From Chiloscyllium plagiosum (taxonomy: Eukaryota), in contig NC_057728.1 of the NCBI RefSeq assembly GCF_004010195.1, positions 47,650,166 through 47,714,165 of the forward strand: a stretch of DNA of 64,000 nucleotides, written 5' to 3'. The position numbers and the translations under genes are program-made. Of this stretch, positions 1-13,483 are shown in pieces. The first letter of the stretch is position 1. Each line of letters starts with the position of its first letter. The notes below the pieces were generated by a model. It was not told the DNA's origin. It saw only the letters and a program-made list of their open reading frames with translations, and searched no databases.

Positions 1-65
1 GTATTGTGTTCTCTGTAGTTTGATAGTGTTGGAAACCATGCTAAGAGATTTGGTGTCTCTTAGAG

Positions 66-2500
66 TTATAGATATATACAGCATGGAAACAGACCCTTCA
101 ATCCAACTTGTCCACGCTGACCAAATATCCGAAATAATTCTTGTCCCTTTTGCCCATATCCCTCTTTACCCCTCCTATTCATATACGCATCTAGATACCT
201 CTTAAATGTTGTAATTGTACCAGGCTTTTCCACTTCTGGCAGCTCACTCCATACATGCACTACCCTCTGTGTGGTAAAAGTTGCCCCATACTTTCCCCCT
301 CTAGTTTTGGACTCTCCCACCCTGGGAAAAAGACCTTGTCTATTTAGCCTCTCCATGCCCCTCATGACTTTAAACCTTATAAAATCACCCCTTAGTGAAA
401 ATAGCCCGAGTCTATTCAGTTTCTCTCTATAGCTCAAACCCTCCAACCCTGACAACTTCCTCATAAATCCTTGCTGAACCCTTTCAAGTTTCACAACATC
501 CTTCCTATGGCAGAGACTAAAATTGCATGCAGTAATCCAATAGTGGACGTACCAATGTCCTGTCCAGCTGCAACGTGACCTCCTAACTCCTATACGCAAT
601 GAACTAACCAATAAAGGCAAGCAAAACAAACTGCTCCTCCACTATCCTGTCCACCTGAGACTCCACTTTAAAGGACCTATGAAGCTGCACTCCAGGGTCT
701 CTTTGTTCAGCAATACTGCCCAGGACCTTACCATTGTGTATAAATCCTGCTAAGATGTGCTTTTCCAAAATGCCGCACCTCATGTTTTATCTAAATTAAA
801 TTCCATCTGCCATTCTTAGGCCCATTGACCCATCTGATCAAGATCCTGTTGTACTCTGAGGTAACCTTCGCTGTCCACTTCACCTCCAATTTGTGTCATC
901 AGCAAACTTATTAATCATATCTCCTATTTGACAAAACGCAGCGGACCCAGAACCAATCCTTGTAGCACACCACTGGTCACAGGCCTCCAGTTTGAAACAC
1001 AATGCTGCACCACTACCCTCTATCTTCTACCTTCGAGCCAGTTCTGTATCCAAATAACTAACTCTTCCTTTATTCCATGTGATCTAATCTTGCTAACCAA
1101 TCTACTGTGAGGAATCTTGAAGTCTGTACAGATTATGGCCACCGCTCTGCCCTCTTCATTACTACTTCAAAAAACTCAATCAAGTTTGTGAGGCACAACA
1201 TGATTTCCCATGCACAAAGCCATGTTGTCTATTCTTAATCAGTCCTTGCCTTTCCAAATACATGTAAATTCTGTCCCTCAGGTTTCCCTCCAACAACTTA
1301 TCCACTACCAATGTCAGGCTTACTGGTCTATAGTTCACTGGCTTTTCTTTAACCACATTTCTTAAATAGTGGCACCATGTGAGCCAACCTCCAGTCTTCT
1401 AGCACCTCACCTGTGGCTATCAATGATACAGGTATCTCAACATGGGGCCTAGCAATTGTTTTATAGCTTCCCACAGAGTTTGAGTGTAGACCTGATCAAA
1501 CATTTATTCACTTTTATGCATTTTAAGACATCCATCACCTCTGTAATGTGGACGTTATCAAAATGTCGCTAATTATTTCCTGATGTTTATCTTCCATATC
1601 CTTCTCCACACTTCAGCACTGATGCAAAATACTTGTTTAGAACCTCTGCGGCTCCACACATGGGTAGCCTTTTTGATCTTTTAAGGGGCCCTATTGTCCT
1701 TTGTGTATTTATAAAATCCTTGGGATTCTCCTTTTAATCCTATTTGCCAAAGCTGTCTCATGTCCTTTTTTCTTTGCCTTCCTGATGTCCCTTGAGAATG
1801 CTCCTTCTGCCTTTATACTCTCCGATGAATTTACTTGGTCTCTGCTGTCTGTACCTGAGATGTGCTTCCTCCTTTTGCTTGACTAAAACCTCAATTTCTC
1901 TAGTCATTCAACATTCCCCACACCTACCAGCCTTGCCCGTCACCCTGTCAGGAACCTACTGTTTCTGGAGTCTAGCTGCCTTTTTTATTTTGAAGGTTCC
2001 CATTTTCCAGCTCTCCCTTTTACCTGCAAACATCTGCCCCCAGTCAACTTTTGAAAGGTCTTGGCTAATACCGTCAAATTTGGCCTTCCTCCAATTTAGA
2101 ACTTTAGCCTTCAGATCTGATCTGTCCTTTTCCATATTTTAAAACTCAGTTATAGTCACTGGCCCCACAGTGCTCTCCCACTGACACCTCAGTCACTTGC
2201 TTAAAAATGTGTTGCTGGAAAAGCACAGCAGGTCAGGCAGCATCAAAGGAGCAGGAGAATCGACGTTTCGGGCATAAGCCCTTCTCAGTCACTTGCCCTG
2301 CTTTATTTCCTAAGAGTAGGTCAAGTTTTGCATCATCTCTAGTAGGTACATCCACATACTGAATCAAAGAATTTTCTTGTATATACTTAACCAGTTCTTC
2401 TCCATCCAAACCCTTAATGCAATGGCAGTCCTGATCGAGGTTTGGAAAGTTAACATCTCCTGTCATAACCAATTTATATTCTTATAACTGGTCTGTGGTA
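66..2500 (-). mobile_element. Degraded CR1 LINE ORF2 (endonuclease to RT to 3' tail)
   Basis: GDVNFPNLD...YVDVPTRDDAKLDLLLGN (APE domain) and LERVQQGFMRKLSGLEGLSYREKLNRLGLFSL (RT C-term); many stops and frameshifts. Confidence 0.88.
2201..2283 (-). mobile_element. Short Penelope-derived insert (family B) nested in CR1
   Basis: 13-bp TSD ctcagtcacttgc at 2188-2200 and 2284-2296; carries a truncated hammerhead-like motif. Confidence 0.8.
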
Positions 2501-5500
2501 CAATGCCAATAAGTTGATCATTCCTTTGTCAGTTCCACCCAAATAACTTCACTTGCATTGAAATAAATGCAGTTTAATTTATCAGTTCTACTTTGTTCTT
2601 TGTTCCTGCCTGTCCTGACTGTTTGATTTGCTCCTTTTCCCTACTGTACCAGTCTTGGACAGGTCTCTTTGCTCACTATCTCCCTGGGTCCCCCACCCCC
2701 ACTTTACGAGTTTAAATCCTCCCAGCAGCTGTCGCAAATTTCACTTTCAGTATATTCGTCCCCATTGAATTCAGATGCAGTCTTTACCTTCTCACATCTG
2801 GTTTTGTTTATGTGCCGAATTCCATTTTCATACTATTTAGACTGATGTATTGAAATTGCCCCTTATTCTCCATTGGGTGGAAGGAGGCTGCTGTTCTGAT
2901 CACTTTGCCATTCAGGATTTCAATCCTGCAGTAAAGCTAGCTACCTTTAAAGTGTGAGCTCTAGAATCTCTTGCTGTTTTCAAAATGAATGGGACCGATG
3001 CTGGCTTTCTGGGTTGAATCAATTGACTCATTTGTTTCAGTTAGAAATGTTCTATGAGCAGCAATATTCCCCAAACTTGTCTGAGTAGCCATCTGTCTGG
3101 CTCGTTAACAAATAAATTCTTCTTTTTCTCAAGCTGCAATGAGAAACTTAAATCTGTAAAGAGAACTTAAATCTGTGATTCATTTGCAAATCCTTTGTGG
3201 AAAATTGGCCAAAACTGCCTGTCTTGGTCCAAATGGTTCAGGTGGATGTTAGAGCTTTGGCACTATGTAAAGAGTTGGCAGTTGGCCTAATCTACCAAAA
3301 TAGATTTATTAGCCATTTCAATTCTTTTTATGGAATGTTGCTACCTTTTTTTATAAAAAAAAAAATGCCATGTAGTTATGTAAATGATTCGCTATTGGTT
3401 TTAGTTTTAACTTTTGGGTTTATAATTGCATGTCCATCTGATTTGTCAGGCACTCTACCTTTTTTGTTAATAGGTTAGTATGAGAAATTTTTTAGATGAC
3501 AACTTCACTTAAAGTTGCCCAGCTTACAAAGGGTTACGTGAAATATATGGTACAGTCATAAATCCTTTGGCCTAACCAGTCCACACTAGATTTACGCCAT
3601 TTCAGCCTCCTCCCAATTTTTCTCAACCGACTCTATCATCGTAGCCATTTATTCCCATCTCCCTCAAATCTTTGGTTTCCTATAAAGTATCTATATTATT
3701 TGTTTCAGCCACTCCGTGGTATTGAGTTCCACATTCCTAGTCGCCTTGGGAAGTTCTGAATTTTTTTTTACTTATTTGAATTTCTTGGTGGCAATCTTAT
3801 TTACATTGGTCACAAAAGGAGCCATGCTGTCTGAATTCATTCTTGAGTACTTTACTGATTTTAAGGACCTTCAATTACACTTTGCCTTTGCCTTTGACAA
3901 GAAAGAAGAAACCCACCTTTTTTTTCCTGATGTGTACACCCAATTATCATTCTAAAATTCTGTGCACCCTTGCAACTGCTTCTGTACCTTCCCTGTATTG
4001 TGGTCACCAGAACAGCTTGGATCCAGCACTGATCCGCGTGGAACACTATTTTCCACTTTGTCAATCTTTTACTCCCACTTTCTGATTTCTATCTTGAGGT
4101 CAGCTAGCAGTCTATTCTGCTGTTTGTTCCCATCTTACATTCTGTAACATAATTAATTAGCATATTATGGGGTACCTAATCAAAAGCATTTAGAAAATCC
4201 AGTTAAATAACATCTGTGTTACTGCTGTATATTCTATTACATGTTGTTAGATGATTCAAGATTTCCTTTTGAAGTCCATGATAACTAATCACTTGTTCCT
4301 CTCACTTCTACATGTACCCCCCGTATCAGTCTTTTAGCAGATTGCTCTTGATGGCTTTATAATTGACCCTGGTATTGATAGCTAATAAAGTTGAAGGCAT
4401 GGCCCACAGGTCCTTTTTTGTAAATTGGTGTTCAGCTGATGAATTGTCCATTGTGTGTTGACTGGACCAGGATCGGGCAGGAGGTTCTGGAATTGCATAT
4501 ACCAGGGGTGCCCTAAGTGGGATCACAAGCTGAAATTTTGGACTTATGAACTCTGCAGAAATTGCTGTCGTCGTGCTCTGACTAAATAGTAAGAGATGTA
4601 CAGCTGTCTTTTCACTCTGACAGGCCTCTGTGATTAGTTATAATCATTGTTGAGCTTCAAAATAGGGCCACAATGTTTGGAAAGTGCTGGCATAGACATT
4701 ACAGCATTAAAGGTTGCATTTACTAATGCTGCAACACCAGGGGGAGCATTTCCAGCACATACCGCAGAGGCAGTGTCAGCTGTGGCAATAAGACTTTTGA
4801 TCAAGCTCATTTCTGCACCACATTTTCAACTCGACTGGCATCTAAATTTAAATTTTGATGTTAACCAAATTCAGGTACTTACAAATAAAGTGAAACAGAA
4901 TACTATTAGTATTGACTGTTTCTCCAAAATATTATGTTCATTTGCCAGTTATTATTATTAAAATTCTCATGTTGGATACATTTGAAGTACTTTTTAAATT
5001 AGACTTCTACATAAGCTATCAGAAAACCGAACAGTGTTAAAATGTTTCATCTCCTTGCCTTATTTATTTTCTTCAAATATATGTACTCTTCAGTAGCTAG
5101 GCTCTCCCAGAAAACTAAACTTGTAATAATTATTGTACCTAATAAAAATATTACAAGTACATTTCCCAACGCAAGGCTGGAAACATTAACTTTAGGATTG
5201 AATCTTTAATTGTTAATTGAACTACCTGGGTTGTGTAGGAATTGGGATTTTCTGTTACTGTTCCTGCTGATGACCAGCATAGCGTTAGGATTGGTCATGC
5301 ATACACTGGTGGCTACATTATGAGCCCTTCATTAGAGATCAGTTGTTTGCTCCAAGTAGTTTGCTTTGATTATTTACTTTGCCTAATTTTAAGCATCTCT
5401 ATCAAATCATCATATACTCAGGTTTTGAAGACAAGCAGTCTTCATAATTATATTTCCTAATGGACATATACTTTGCATCTGTTTTACCCTCTCTTGCCAC

Positions 5501-6369
5501 AATACATTAATGTGGAGCCCAAAACTCTGCACGCTACTCAAACAGCATGACAAATAAATTTATCATTACATTTTAACACTTGTTTCTTGTATCGCCTACT
5601 TACCACAAAACTCAGCATTTCATTAGCTGTTTCTAATGTTCCTATCCAATTGAGCTATTGCTTGAAATACATTCTGGGTGTAAACTGCTCCCACCCATTT
5701 TGTATAACCTATCTTTCTGTATGAAGTACATTTTTGATCAAAATTTAGTTACTGACACTGAATTTCTAAAACTTTTCTCCCATTCCACTGTGTTCAGTTA
5801 TCCCTTGCAGTGTCATTTTATGCACAGTTATTTCTGTAACTTTGAAACCCGTTGTCTAGCTTGATATCCAAATGGTTCAAACTTATTCCCATTCGTCCCC
5901 AAATGATTTTTTTTAAAGTGACATTTGAAGATGCAATCTTTCACATGTTTTATAAAATAAATAAGGTCACTTAGGTTGGCTTCAGCTTTGTAAATTTCCA
6001 ACATAAACTGCAACTATTAATAAAGCATAATATTCAGTCTGAGTAAGGGCATTCCAATTTACCACTTTGCATTTTTGTGGTAAAAATAAAACTTCCATGT
6101 TTGCAAATTTTCTGGACTTTGAGAGTTGTGCTGAGAGGACATCTGCTCCACTTTGTTAATTTTGAGTTTTCTGATACTTAAAATTTCATGGAATGTGGGC
6201 GTCACTGGCTCGATCAGCATTTATTGTGTATCCCTAATACCACAGAAAGCAGTTGAATTAACCGAATTGCTGTGGGTCTGGAATTACCTCTAGGCCAGAC
6301 CAGGTAAGGATGCAACTTGAAGTATGAATTTGCAAATTGTATTCATATTTTTGATCATATGTTTTACAG

Positions 6370-6610
6370 AATGCCCTGAAGAGTTCAGATGGTAACAAAA
6401 GTGTGGCAGGATATTTAAATACAAATGACTGCTGCTTGGCTTGGTTAGCCTATATTCACCTCATTGAATTCAACACTCTCCCTTGCCGGTTCTTCGATCC
6501 AGCTGTAGCCATTCCTTCTAAGCTTGTAATGAAGGAGCCATTTCTCATCCCATGGCAAACATCAAATGATATAAAAACACATCCTGACACATTACTTGCA
6601 TTGTTTGAAG
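6370..6610 (+). CDS. ZFC3H1: ZFC3H1 coding exon (first of 12 in the window; the gene starts upstream of the window)
   Basis: ttttacag| acceptor and GAAG|gtgaag donor. Encodes NALKSSDGNKSVAGYLNTNDCCLAWLAYIHLIEFNTLPCRFFDP...HPDTLLALFE, matching the recalled vertebrate ZFC3H1 CLAWLAYIHLIEFN motif. Confidence 0.93.
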
Positions 6611-6703
6611 GTGAAGTTAATGAGCTTTGAATCTTTTGAGCTTGTTAATTTACAAGTCAAAATTTCAATGAATTAATGATTTCTTTCTAACCAATTTGCT
6701 TAG

Positions 6704-6809
6704 ATGCTGTCCATGCATGTTCTGAGGACTGTGCTTCAACAGAGGAGAGAATTGCAGCCTGTCTCTCAATTTACAGAAATATGATTTTAGTACTGAAGCT
6801 AATGGGAAG
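6704..6809 (+). CDS. ZFC3H1: ZFC3H1 coding exon
   Basis: gcttag| acceptor, AG|gtatga donor; (D)AVHACSEDCASTEERIAACLSIYRNMILVLKLMG(R); phase-consistent with neighbouring exons. Confidence 0.92.
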
Positions 6810-6984
6810 GTATGATTACTTAAACTCTCAAGCAACATTGAAGCATAGATGGAGCATTTTATTTGTATTCGTCAGCGACGTTAGTGTTTAATGTCAACAT
6901 CTTTGAAGCTATTCTATTTGATTGCAGATTGTTAAACAGTTACTTGATGCGTGTTAATTTCAGTGTCTTTGTCATATTTTTCAG

Positions 6985-7183
6985 ATGGGAAACTGCTGTA
7001 AAACTTTGCAAGACATTGCTACAGTCCTGCCCAGCTGCTTACCAACTTACTGAAGCTCTAGCTGTCCTCTATTTAGAGAATAAACAAATCGAAGATGCTG
7101 CAAATGCATGGCTCTCTGCATTTAGAAGGAACCCCCATAATGCTCAATTATTGTATTATGCATTCAAGTTCTTTATTTCAGTG
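6985..7183 (+). CDS. ZFC3H1: ZFC3H1 coding exon (HAT/TPR-like region)
   Basis: tttttcag| acceptor, GTG|gtatgt donor; WETAVKLCKTLLQSCP...AWLSAFRRNPHNAQLLYYAFKFFISV. Confidence 0.93.
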
Positions 7184-7696
7184 GTATGTATTTGTTTTTC
7201 AATATTCCCTTCCTCAAACTGAATCTATTCCAAGATTGACAGATTCCATATATTGCACCAGACAGTTCAGAGTTTTGTTTGTTGGGAGCTGAAATATTTT
7301 CCGTATATATTTGCTGGTCACCTTGAAAGTAGAAGCAAAATCTTTTTCCCATTCCCCACTTACTTCCTCTTTTTCAGTGATTTGCTGAACAAATTGTGTT
7401 CAGGATTATAAGAAATACCAACTGGACTAGGCCAGTAAACCCATTAGACTGCTGCACCATTTTGTATAATCCTAGTTGGGATTGTAATCTTGTTAATCTG
7501 GAACTAGTTTCATTAGGCTGGTGACATTATTTAAAGTGTGTTAAATGGCCTTCTGTGGTAAAGTGAAATTTAAGATAAATACTCAAATTGTGTCCTTGGA
7601 TGTATTTTCTGTTGAATTATAAGTTGTTGTAAATGAAGTATGAAAGACTATGTTACATAAAAAGCAAATTGTCATTTCATCATTCCTTTTTTATAG

Positions 7697-7791
7697 AAAA
7701 AGAGAGACATGATTCCTGCTCTGTTTCAAGAATTTATTGACTCCTTCTTTGAGGGGGAAGCCCCCAAGTGCCACCCTGCAAATACTTTACG
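7697..7791 (+). CDS. ZFC3H1: ZFC3H1 coding exon
   Basis: ttttttatag| acceptor, CG|gtaagg donor; KKRDMIPALFQEFIDSFFEGEAPKCHPANTL(R). Confidence 0.88.
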
Positions 7792-8011
7792 GTAAGGCTT
7801 GATCCCTGTGCCCATAAAGGCCTCTGTTTTAAAAACAGACTTGCTAAGTTGCTATTTAATGAAGTCCTTCTCTTGAATTTAAATCCTTAATTGTACTTAA
7901 GGTACTTAAATTGTATACCAGATTTTTAGCAATTGTGGAACTGTTTTTCTCCTAAGTGTGAGCCTTGCTTGCAGAAATCTATTTCCTTTCACACCGCACA
8001 TGGAGAGAACC

Positions 8012-8360
8012 TAGTGTAATAATAATGTAATTGAACTCAATCCAATGGTCCAGGCTAATTATCTAGTCACAAGTTGGCTCCCACCATGGCAGCTAGTGGA
8101 ATTTAAACTCAGTTTGGAACTCTGAAAGTGAAAGCTAGTCTTAGTGATGGTGACCATGAAAGTATCATAAGCTGTTGTAAGAGCTGATCTAATTCATGTC
8201 CTGTAGGATAGGACCTGTCATCTTTACCTCGTCTGACCTCTGCAATTTCAGACTCAAAGTTGACTTTTATCTGCAGTCTGAAATGGTCTGGCAAGCTATT
8301 CCATTCAAGGAAAATTAGAGATCAGTAATAATGCTGGGCTTGCCATAAAAGAATAAAGAG
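8012..8360 (+). mobile_element. Old SINE-like repeat whose tail (aatgctgg...gcca) is shared with 21040-21335 and 50188-50530
   Basis: Visual similarity among copies; boundaries approximate. Confidence 0.5.
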
Positions 8361-8410
8361 AAATGTTTCATTTGCAGTTTTGAAAATCATAATTATTACG
8401 CAAATTCAAT

Positions 8411-8587
8411 TTAGAGGAACCTCAATTATCCAGCATTTGATTAACTGAATTTAGGATTATCTGAACAAGATCACAACGTTCCTGCTGCTTGGCTAACTGT
8501 TACCCGGCACTCGATTATCAAGCATTCAATTAACCGAACGCAATACTCCCTGCCTTTGCCCTGTGGATAATTGAGGTTCCTTTTGTA
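8411..8587. mobile_element. MITE with terminal inverted repeats (Tigger/pogo-like)
   Basis: Perfect 18-bp inverted repeat aggaacctcaattatcca (8415-8432) / tggataattgaggttcct (8564-8581); right end ...TG-TA; internal degenerate gattatc(c/t)gaa repeats. Confidence 0.75.
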
Positions 8588-10248
8588 ATTTGCTGTAGAA
8601 AGCCAGCATGTTGTTGATACCACCCATGTTTATTGATTCCCGCTAATGTTTCCTCTATAAATCATGAAAACGGGATATCAGAGCTGCATTGTACAGACAT
8701 TGAAGTAAAGCATAATCTGTAAAATGAATTCATCCATTTATTTACATAAAATTTGTCATGTTATTCAAAGTGATAGAACTATGCAAACACTGCTTTGACG
8801 TTTTCATGTGATATGATCTTCCTGTATTATGCCTCAGTATAAATGCATGCATTGCTCTTTTATCTCTTGGTGGCATATTATTCTGGCTGGTACAATAGAA
8901 GTTATTTGCCAAGGCGAGGATTTTTCATGTTTACTGTTTTGGAAAATTGAATTTTCTACCCCATAAAATCTTTGGTATCAAATGACAGTTGAGCAAAGCA
9001 TTTTTCAAATTGCTAAGAACCTGTATTATTTCTTCAGTTCTGCAAAATGTGAGCTAAAATCTTTCCGTAATCTAGTTGGGGCTGTTTATATTGGCCTTCT
9101 CCAGTGCTGTTTCAATTACTGAACTATACATTTTGCTTGATTTTTGGACCTTTGGAATTTGGCGGTCTTGATCCATTTTGATCTCTGTACTAAAACAGGA
9201 ACGTTTATACTGGTGTCCTACTTGAGCCATTTTTGTGTAAAATTTGGTTATGTATGCCTTTTTGTATTCTAGAAAATATTCCAGTAAGTGAAATTGTTTT
9301 CTTGGTGTCAGAATATTACTTACAGATCCGAGGAAATATGCTGTCAGTTATCCTTGCTAATGTATATTTATTTTATCCAGATTTGCCACACCCCTCATTG
9401 AATGGTCTTTGTTCTTGAAATGTAGCTTCAGTTCCATTGTTTTCCTGCTTTTTGTTTTGTAGTTTCAAGTTCTGCTTTTGTATCTAATTGCTGTGTACAC
9501 TTTTTAAGATGAAGGTTTCAAACTGTGGATCCTAAAGGGTTGTCTCTTTTCTTGCATATATTGCGTGAATGTCTTTCTCTTCAGATTTGTTTTTGTTTTC
9601 CTTTATCACTGGAAATGTCAGAAGTCAGGACAAATTCATATTCGAAAATGGGTCAACATTTGTGACCTAGATTCTTCATCCAAACTGTGTCCATGCCTTT
9701 ATTGGTTTTATTTGGAATAAATCTGTGAAGATGTGGAATATTTGATATAAGTTAAAAATTATTTTTATGTTGCACAATTTTGAAGAAATTAGATGTGTAG
9801 TTAGAAAATGTGAATATCTGAAATTGAACATGTTAGAGCCTGAAAATGCTTCCTGAAAGTTGCATTTTCTTGACATTCTGACCGTATGCCATTTAAGCAA
9901 TGATGGATTTTATTGGATTCACCTTTTATGACATTCAGAAACAGAATTTTGTTTTCCCAAAAAAAATACCTTGAGTCTTGGTTCAGGACCTGGAGTGCTT
10001 GGGGTAATGCAAGTCACTAGATTTTAATCTATAGTGAATTTTAATGTTTGAGATTCTGCTGCTGGTCATTTTTAAAACCAAAAATAACAAAAATTGTTGA
10101 CGGGAAGACTTTCTGGGATCATGCAACAGTCAAGTAAATTATTTGGTTAAGCCTTTCTGCTATTCTTGGATTCTAGTTGTTGCACTTTTGTGTTTTTGAA
10201 AGAGGTGGTTTTAAAATGTGTTTGAAAGATTTTTGTTCTTTTTATCAG

Positions 10249-10359
10249 TCAGTTCCTGAACTATCCCAAGCTTTATGACTTCAGAGCACCTTCATGCAAA
10301 GAACTGTTGAATGGGGAACTGCTGAACGCCCAGATCCCCTATCTGTGGTTGATTTTCTG
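10249..10359 (+). CDS. ZFC3H1: ZFC3H1 coding exon
   Basis: tttttatcag| acceptor, TG|gtaaga donor; QFLNYPKLYDFRAPSCKELLNGELLNAQIPYLWLIF(C). Confidence 0.9.
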
Positions 10360-10595
10360 GTAAGAAATCCTGCAGATGAATTTAATCCTGAGCAAAATAC
10401 TCAACTTCAATTAAGTCTTTATCTGTTAGAGAATAAGGCTTTGAAAATTTCATTTATTAATGCTGATAAATGTATGTGGTTTTGAACTTCAGGGAAAGAA
10501 AATAACTGCGTGACTATGAAATGACCAGTCCTATCTGTCATAGCCAGCCTTAATTTTCCTTTTTCTTTTCATGTTCTACTTTCAAATATATGCAG

Positions 10596-10700
10596 CTTGT
10601 GGCAATCCATCAATGCAAGCTCAAGAGAAGCTGTGGACACCTTTGAAGCAGCTCTTGGTACAGTTATGCAAAATGATATCATGCAACAAATCTGGATGGA
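10596..10700 (+). CDS. ZFC3H1: ZFC3H1 coding exon
   Basis: tgcag| acceptor, GA|gtaagt donor; LWQSINASSREAVDTFEAALGTVMQNDIMQQIWM(D). Confidence 0.93.
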
Positions 10701-10822
10701 GTAAGTACAACATGCAAAAAAAACCAAAAATAATCCTAATCTAATTAGACTATCTCTGGAAATAATATCTCTAACAACTGTCATTTCCAACATAGTAACA
10801 ATGATGGATGTTTTTTCTGCAG

Positions 10823-10988
10823 TTATCTTGTTTTTACCAGTAGCCAGCTTGTTGGTTCTAAGAACAAGAACAGAGACTTTAAACTGTTTACAGAGTTGGT
10901 GCATAGGTGTTTGGTCACAGCCCCCACAAGAATGCTTATACCATTCAGTTCTGCCAATTTTTGGAGCAACTTCGAGTTTCATAATCAG
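10823..10988 (+). CDS. ZFC3H1: ZFC3H1 coding exon
   Basis: ttttctgcag| acceptor, CAG|gtaata donor; YLVFTSSQLVGSKNKNRDFKLFTELVHRCLVTAPTRMLIPFSSANFWSNFEFHNQ. Confidence 0.94.
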
Positions 10989-12717
10989 GTAATAAATTTC
11001 TTCCTTTATTTCCAGTTTTCAGTAACTATAATTACATAAACATGTGCTCCTTTCAGTCAAGGGAAGACTTTTATTTTGAGTAATTTTTTTTCCTATTGAG
11101 ACAGTTGGCAGAGTCATGATTTGATGCTCTATTTGTTTAAAAGTAGCTGATTTTAGCCAGAGTGCTGGTAGAGGAGCTTCAAATGGGCTTGGCACCCCTA
11201 GTTTAGATTTGGAGAGCATCTGCATTTGTTATTTCATGTCCATCTAACCCTGCTCAATGCTTGATTGTGTTTTGAGGCAGGTTCAAACTCAGATGAGATT
11301 TCTGGAATTGCTTGTGTGCTCTCAGTATTCATGGTCTGGATATGCCTGAGAAATGATTACTTGGCTATGCCACAAGTGATGAAGGTATTCGCATGAATCA
11401 GGAAAGAGAGGCTCTTGTAGTATACTGGTAGTCCAAAGCTGTGCACATCAGGGAAATTGATAAATGGCTCCATAGTGTCACAGGTCAGGTGGGTTATCTA
11501 TGGTAAATGTGGCATTATGGTGATAGGGTTAAGGTGCTGGGTCTGCTTGGAATGCAGTTTGGAGGGTCAGTGCTGACTTAGTGGGCCAAATTACTACTTT
11601 CTGCAATGTAGGGCCTCTAGGATAGGGGAGTGGTTACTGTTCGGAGAGTTGGTGTGGACTTGTTGGGCCTGATGGCCTGTTTTCACACTGTAGGGATTCT
11701 ATTATTCTTCTGTGATTCTATAAAGGTTGACACAGCTGAAAGTCAGTACAACCTCTACTTCATTAAAAGGTGAGAAATAAGAAAGAAAGAAGAAACGGGG
11801 AAAAATTGATCCTGATTCTTTCAGATTGATGGGGCTAGTTAAGAATCCACATCTTTGCAGTATACACGGTCATGTATATGGTTGGGGCTGTTGCCCCTTT
11901 GACAGGTCAGGTGATCTGGAGTGGGAACCAGGGGAGGCAGTCTAAAACCAACTGTGGAGCTGAGGGGACGCATATATTCCCTTTACAAATTTACCTTGTG
12001 TTCTGTTTATAGTTTTAGTGAACCACAAGCATTTACCTGTTCTCTTTTCTCAGTGTTTGGGAGGTGTTTGCCACTCATTGCAACCCTTTTGGCAATGATG
12101 TCAGTACGCTTGTGCTCATGGAAATCACTTGCAAGCATTTATTCTCCATATTATTGCTCTTACTGACTGAATAGGTCATGCATAGAGGGCTTTTCATACT
12201 GTGCCCAAATGTGAGTTTTGCTTGAAATTGACTGGTATGGTACTCGCAGTGCAGCAATGTAGTAAAAATGCTTTTAGAGGAAGAGAGGGAAATCTCCTGT
12301 GATGCCTTGGGAAGAACGTTAGCCTATAATCACTGCTGACGTCTGCTTCTCCTTGGCTAAGTATGAGAGACTATTCTTGCAGAAACTGTGGTTTTCTGAA
12401 TACTTGGCATGTAGCTTTCACTAAACAATATTTACAACTTGGACTAATCGCAGGCATGTGTCATTTCATTCCTAGTGGAACGCTTATTGTGATCCCCTCT
12501 CAATGCTTGTTGAACGTAAGTTTTAATTGATGCAATTAGCAGTTCAGTGCTCAACTTAATTTCCAAAATGTACAGCTTTCAAGTATCAATAATACAAAAT
12601 AAGAACAACAATAGGTTAGTCAGCTGTTGAAGCCTATTCTGTCATTGAGTATTGTGGCTGAACATCGAACCCAGCACCCTGCCCCTGCTTACTTCCAATA
12701 CACACCTCCACATCGCT

Positions 12718-12803
12718 CACACGCGCGCACACACGCACGCACGCACGCACGCACGCACGCGCGCACGCACGCACGCACGCACGCGCGCGCGCACACACAC
12801 ACA
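12718..12803. repeat. Compound (GCAC)n/(GC)n/(AC)n microsatellite
   Basis: About 85 bp of alternating purine-pyrimidine sequence. Confidence 0.95.
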
Positions 12804-12804
12804 C

Positions 12805-13380
12805 CCCTTTAGCCCCAAGAGCTATATCTAACTACTTCTTGAAAACATTCAATGTGTAGGCTTCAGCTGCTTTCTATGGTAGAGAATTACGCTTGCCCCA
12901 TGACGTTAGACTGTGACATCTCGTACTGGATTTGCCAGTCATCAAGAACATCCTTCCTGCATTTATCCAGTCTGATCTGATTAGAATTTTATAGACTTGA
13001 GATGTCCCCTCTCATGCTTGTAAACTTTAGTGAACGTCATCCCAGAAGTCAGTCTGGATCAGGAATCCACCAAAACAATCCTTTGTTGCACTCTCTCCAT
13101 AGCCAGAATATAGATGAGATCAAAACTGCATAGAATACTGTAGTGATCTTACCAGAGCCCTGTACAATTGCAGCTTAACATTCCTGCTCATCCTGTAATA
13201 CTCTTGCTATGAAGACCAATGTACCGTTTGCTGTCTTCAATGTCTGCTGCACCTGCATGCATGCTTACTTTCAGCAGCTATTGTAAGTTTTATCTCTAAT
13301 TCTCTCCCTTTGCCAGTCTATCACCATTGAGATGATAATTTGCCTTCCTGTTTTCAGTATACAAGTGCATAATCTGTGTT
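12805..13380 (-). mobile_element. Degraded CR1 3' fragment
   Basis: Similar to the reverse complement of 62000-62600 (gccctgtacaattgcagc, cacctgcatgcttactttc); boundaries approximate. Confidence 0.7.
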
Positions 13381-13483
13381 GCATAGATTCAGTTAAGGTT
13401 TGCTTCCCAATTACTGTTTTTCCTCTTCTGACAGTCTTTCCTGAACTGTGCAGAATCTGATCTAGGAAGTCTAAATTAGAATA

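Noticed and set aside
2500..6360. Search for the preceding ZFC3H1 exon
   Set aside because: No convincing exon found; the region appears intronic with decayed repeats.
10246..10252. Second AG 4 nt downstream of the ZFC3H1 acceptor (cagtcag)
   Set aside because: Would frameshift; nothing in the sequence indicates it is used.
10569..10982. 137-aa ORF on the - strand
   Set aside because: Antisense shadow of two ZFC3H1 exons; no recognisable protein.
12627..12812. ORF with (HART)n repeats
   Set aside because: Translation of the (GCAC)n microsatellite.
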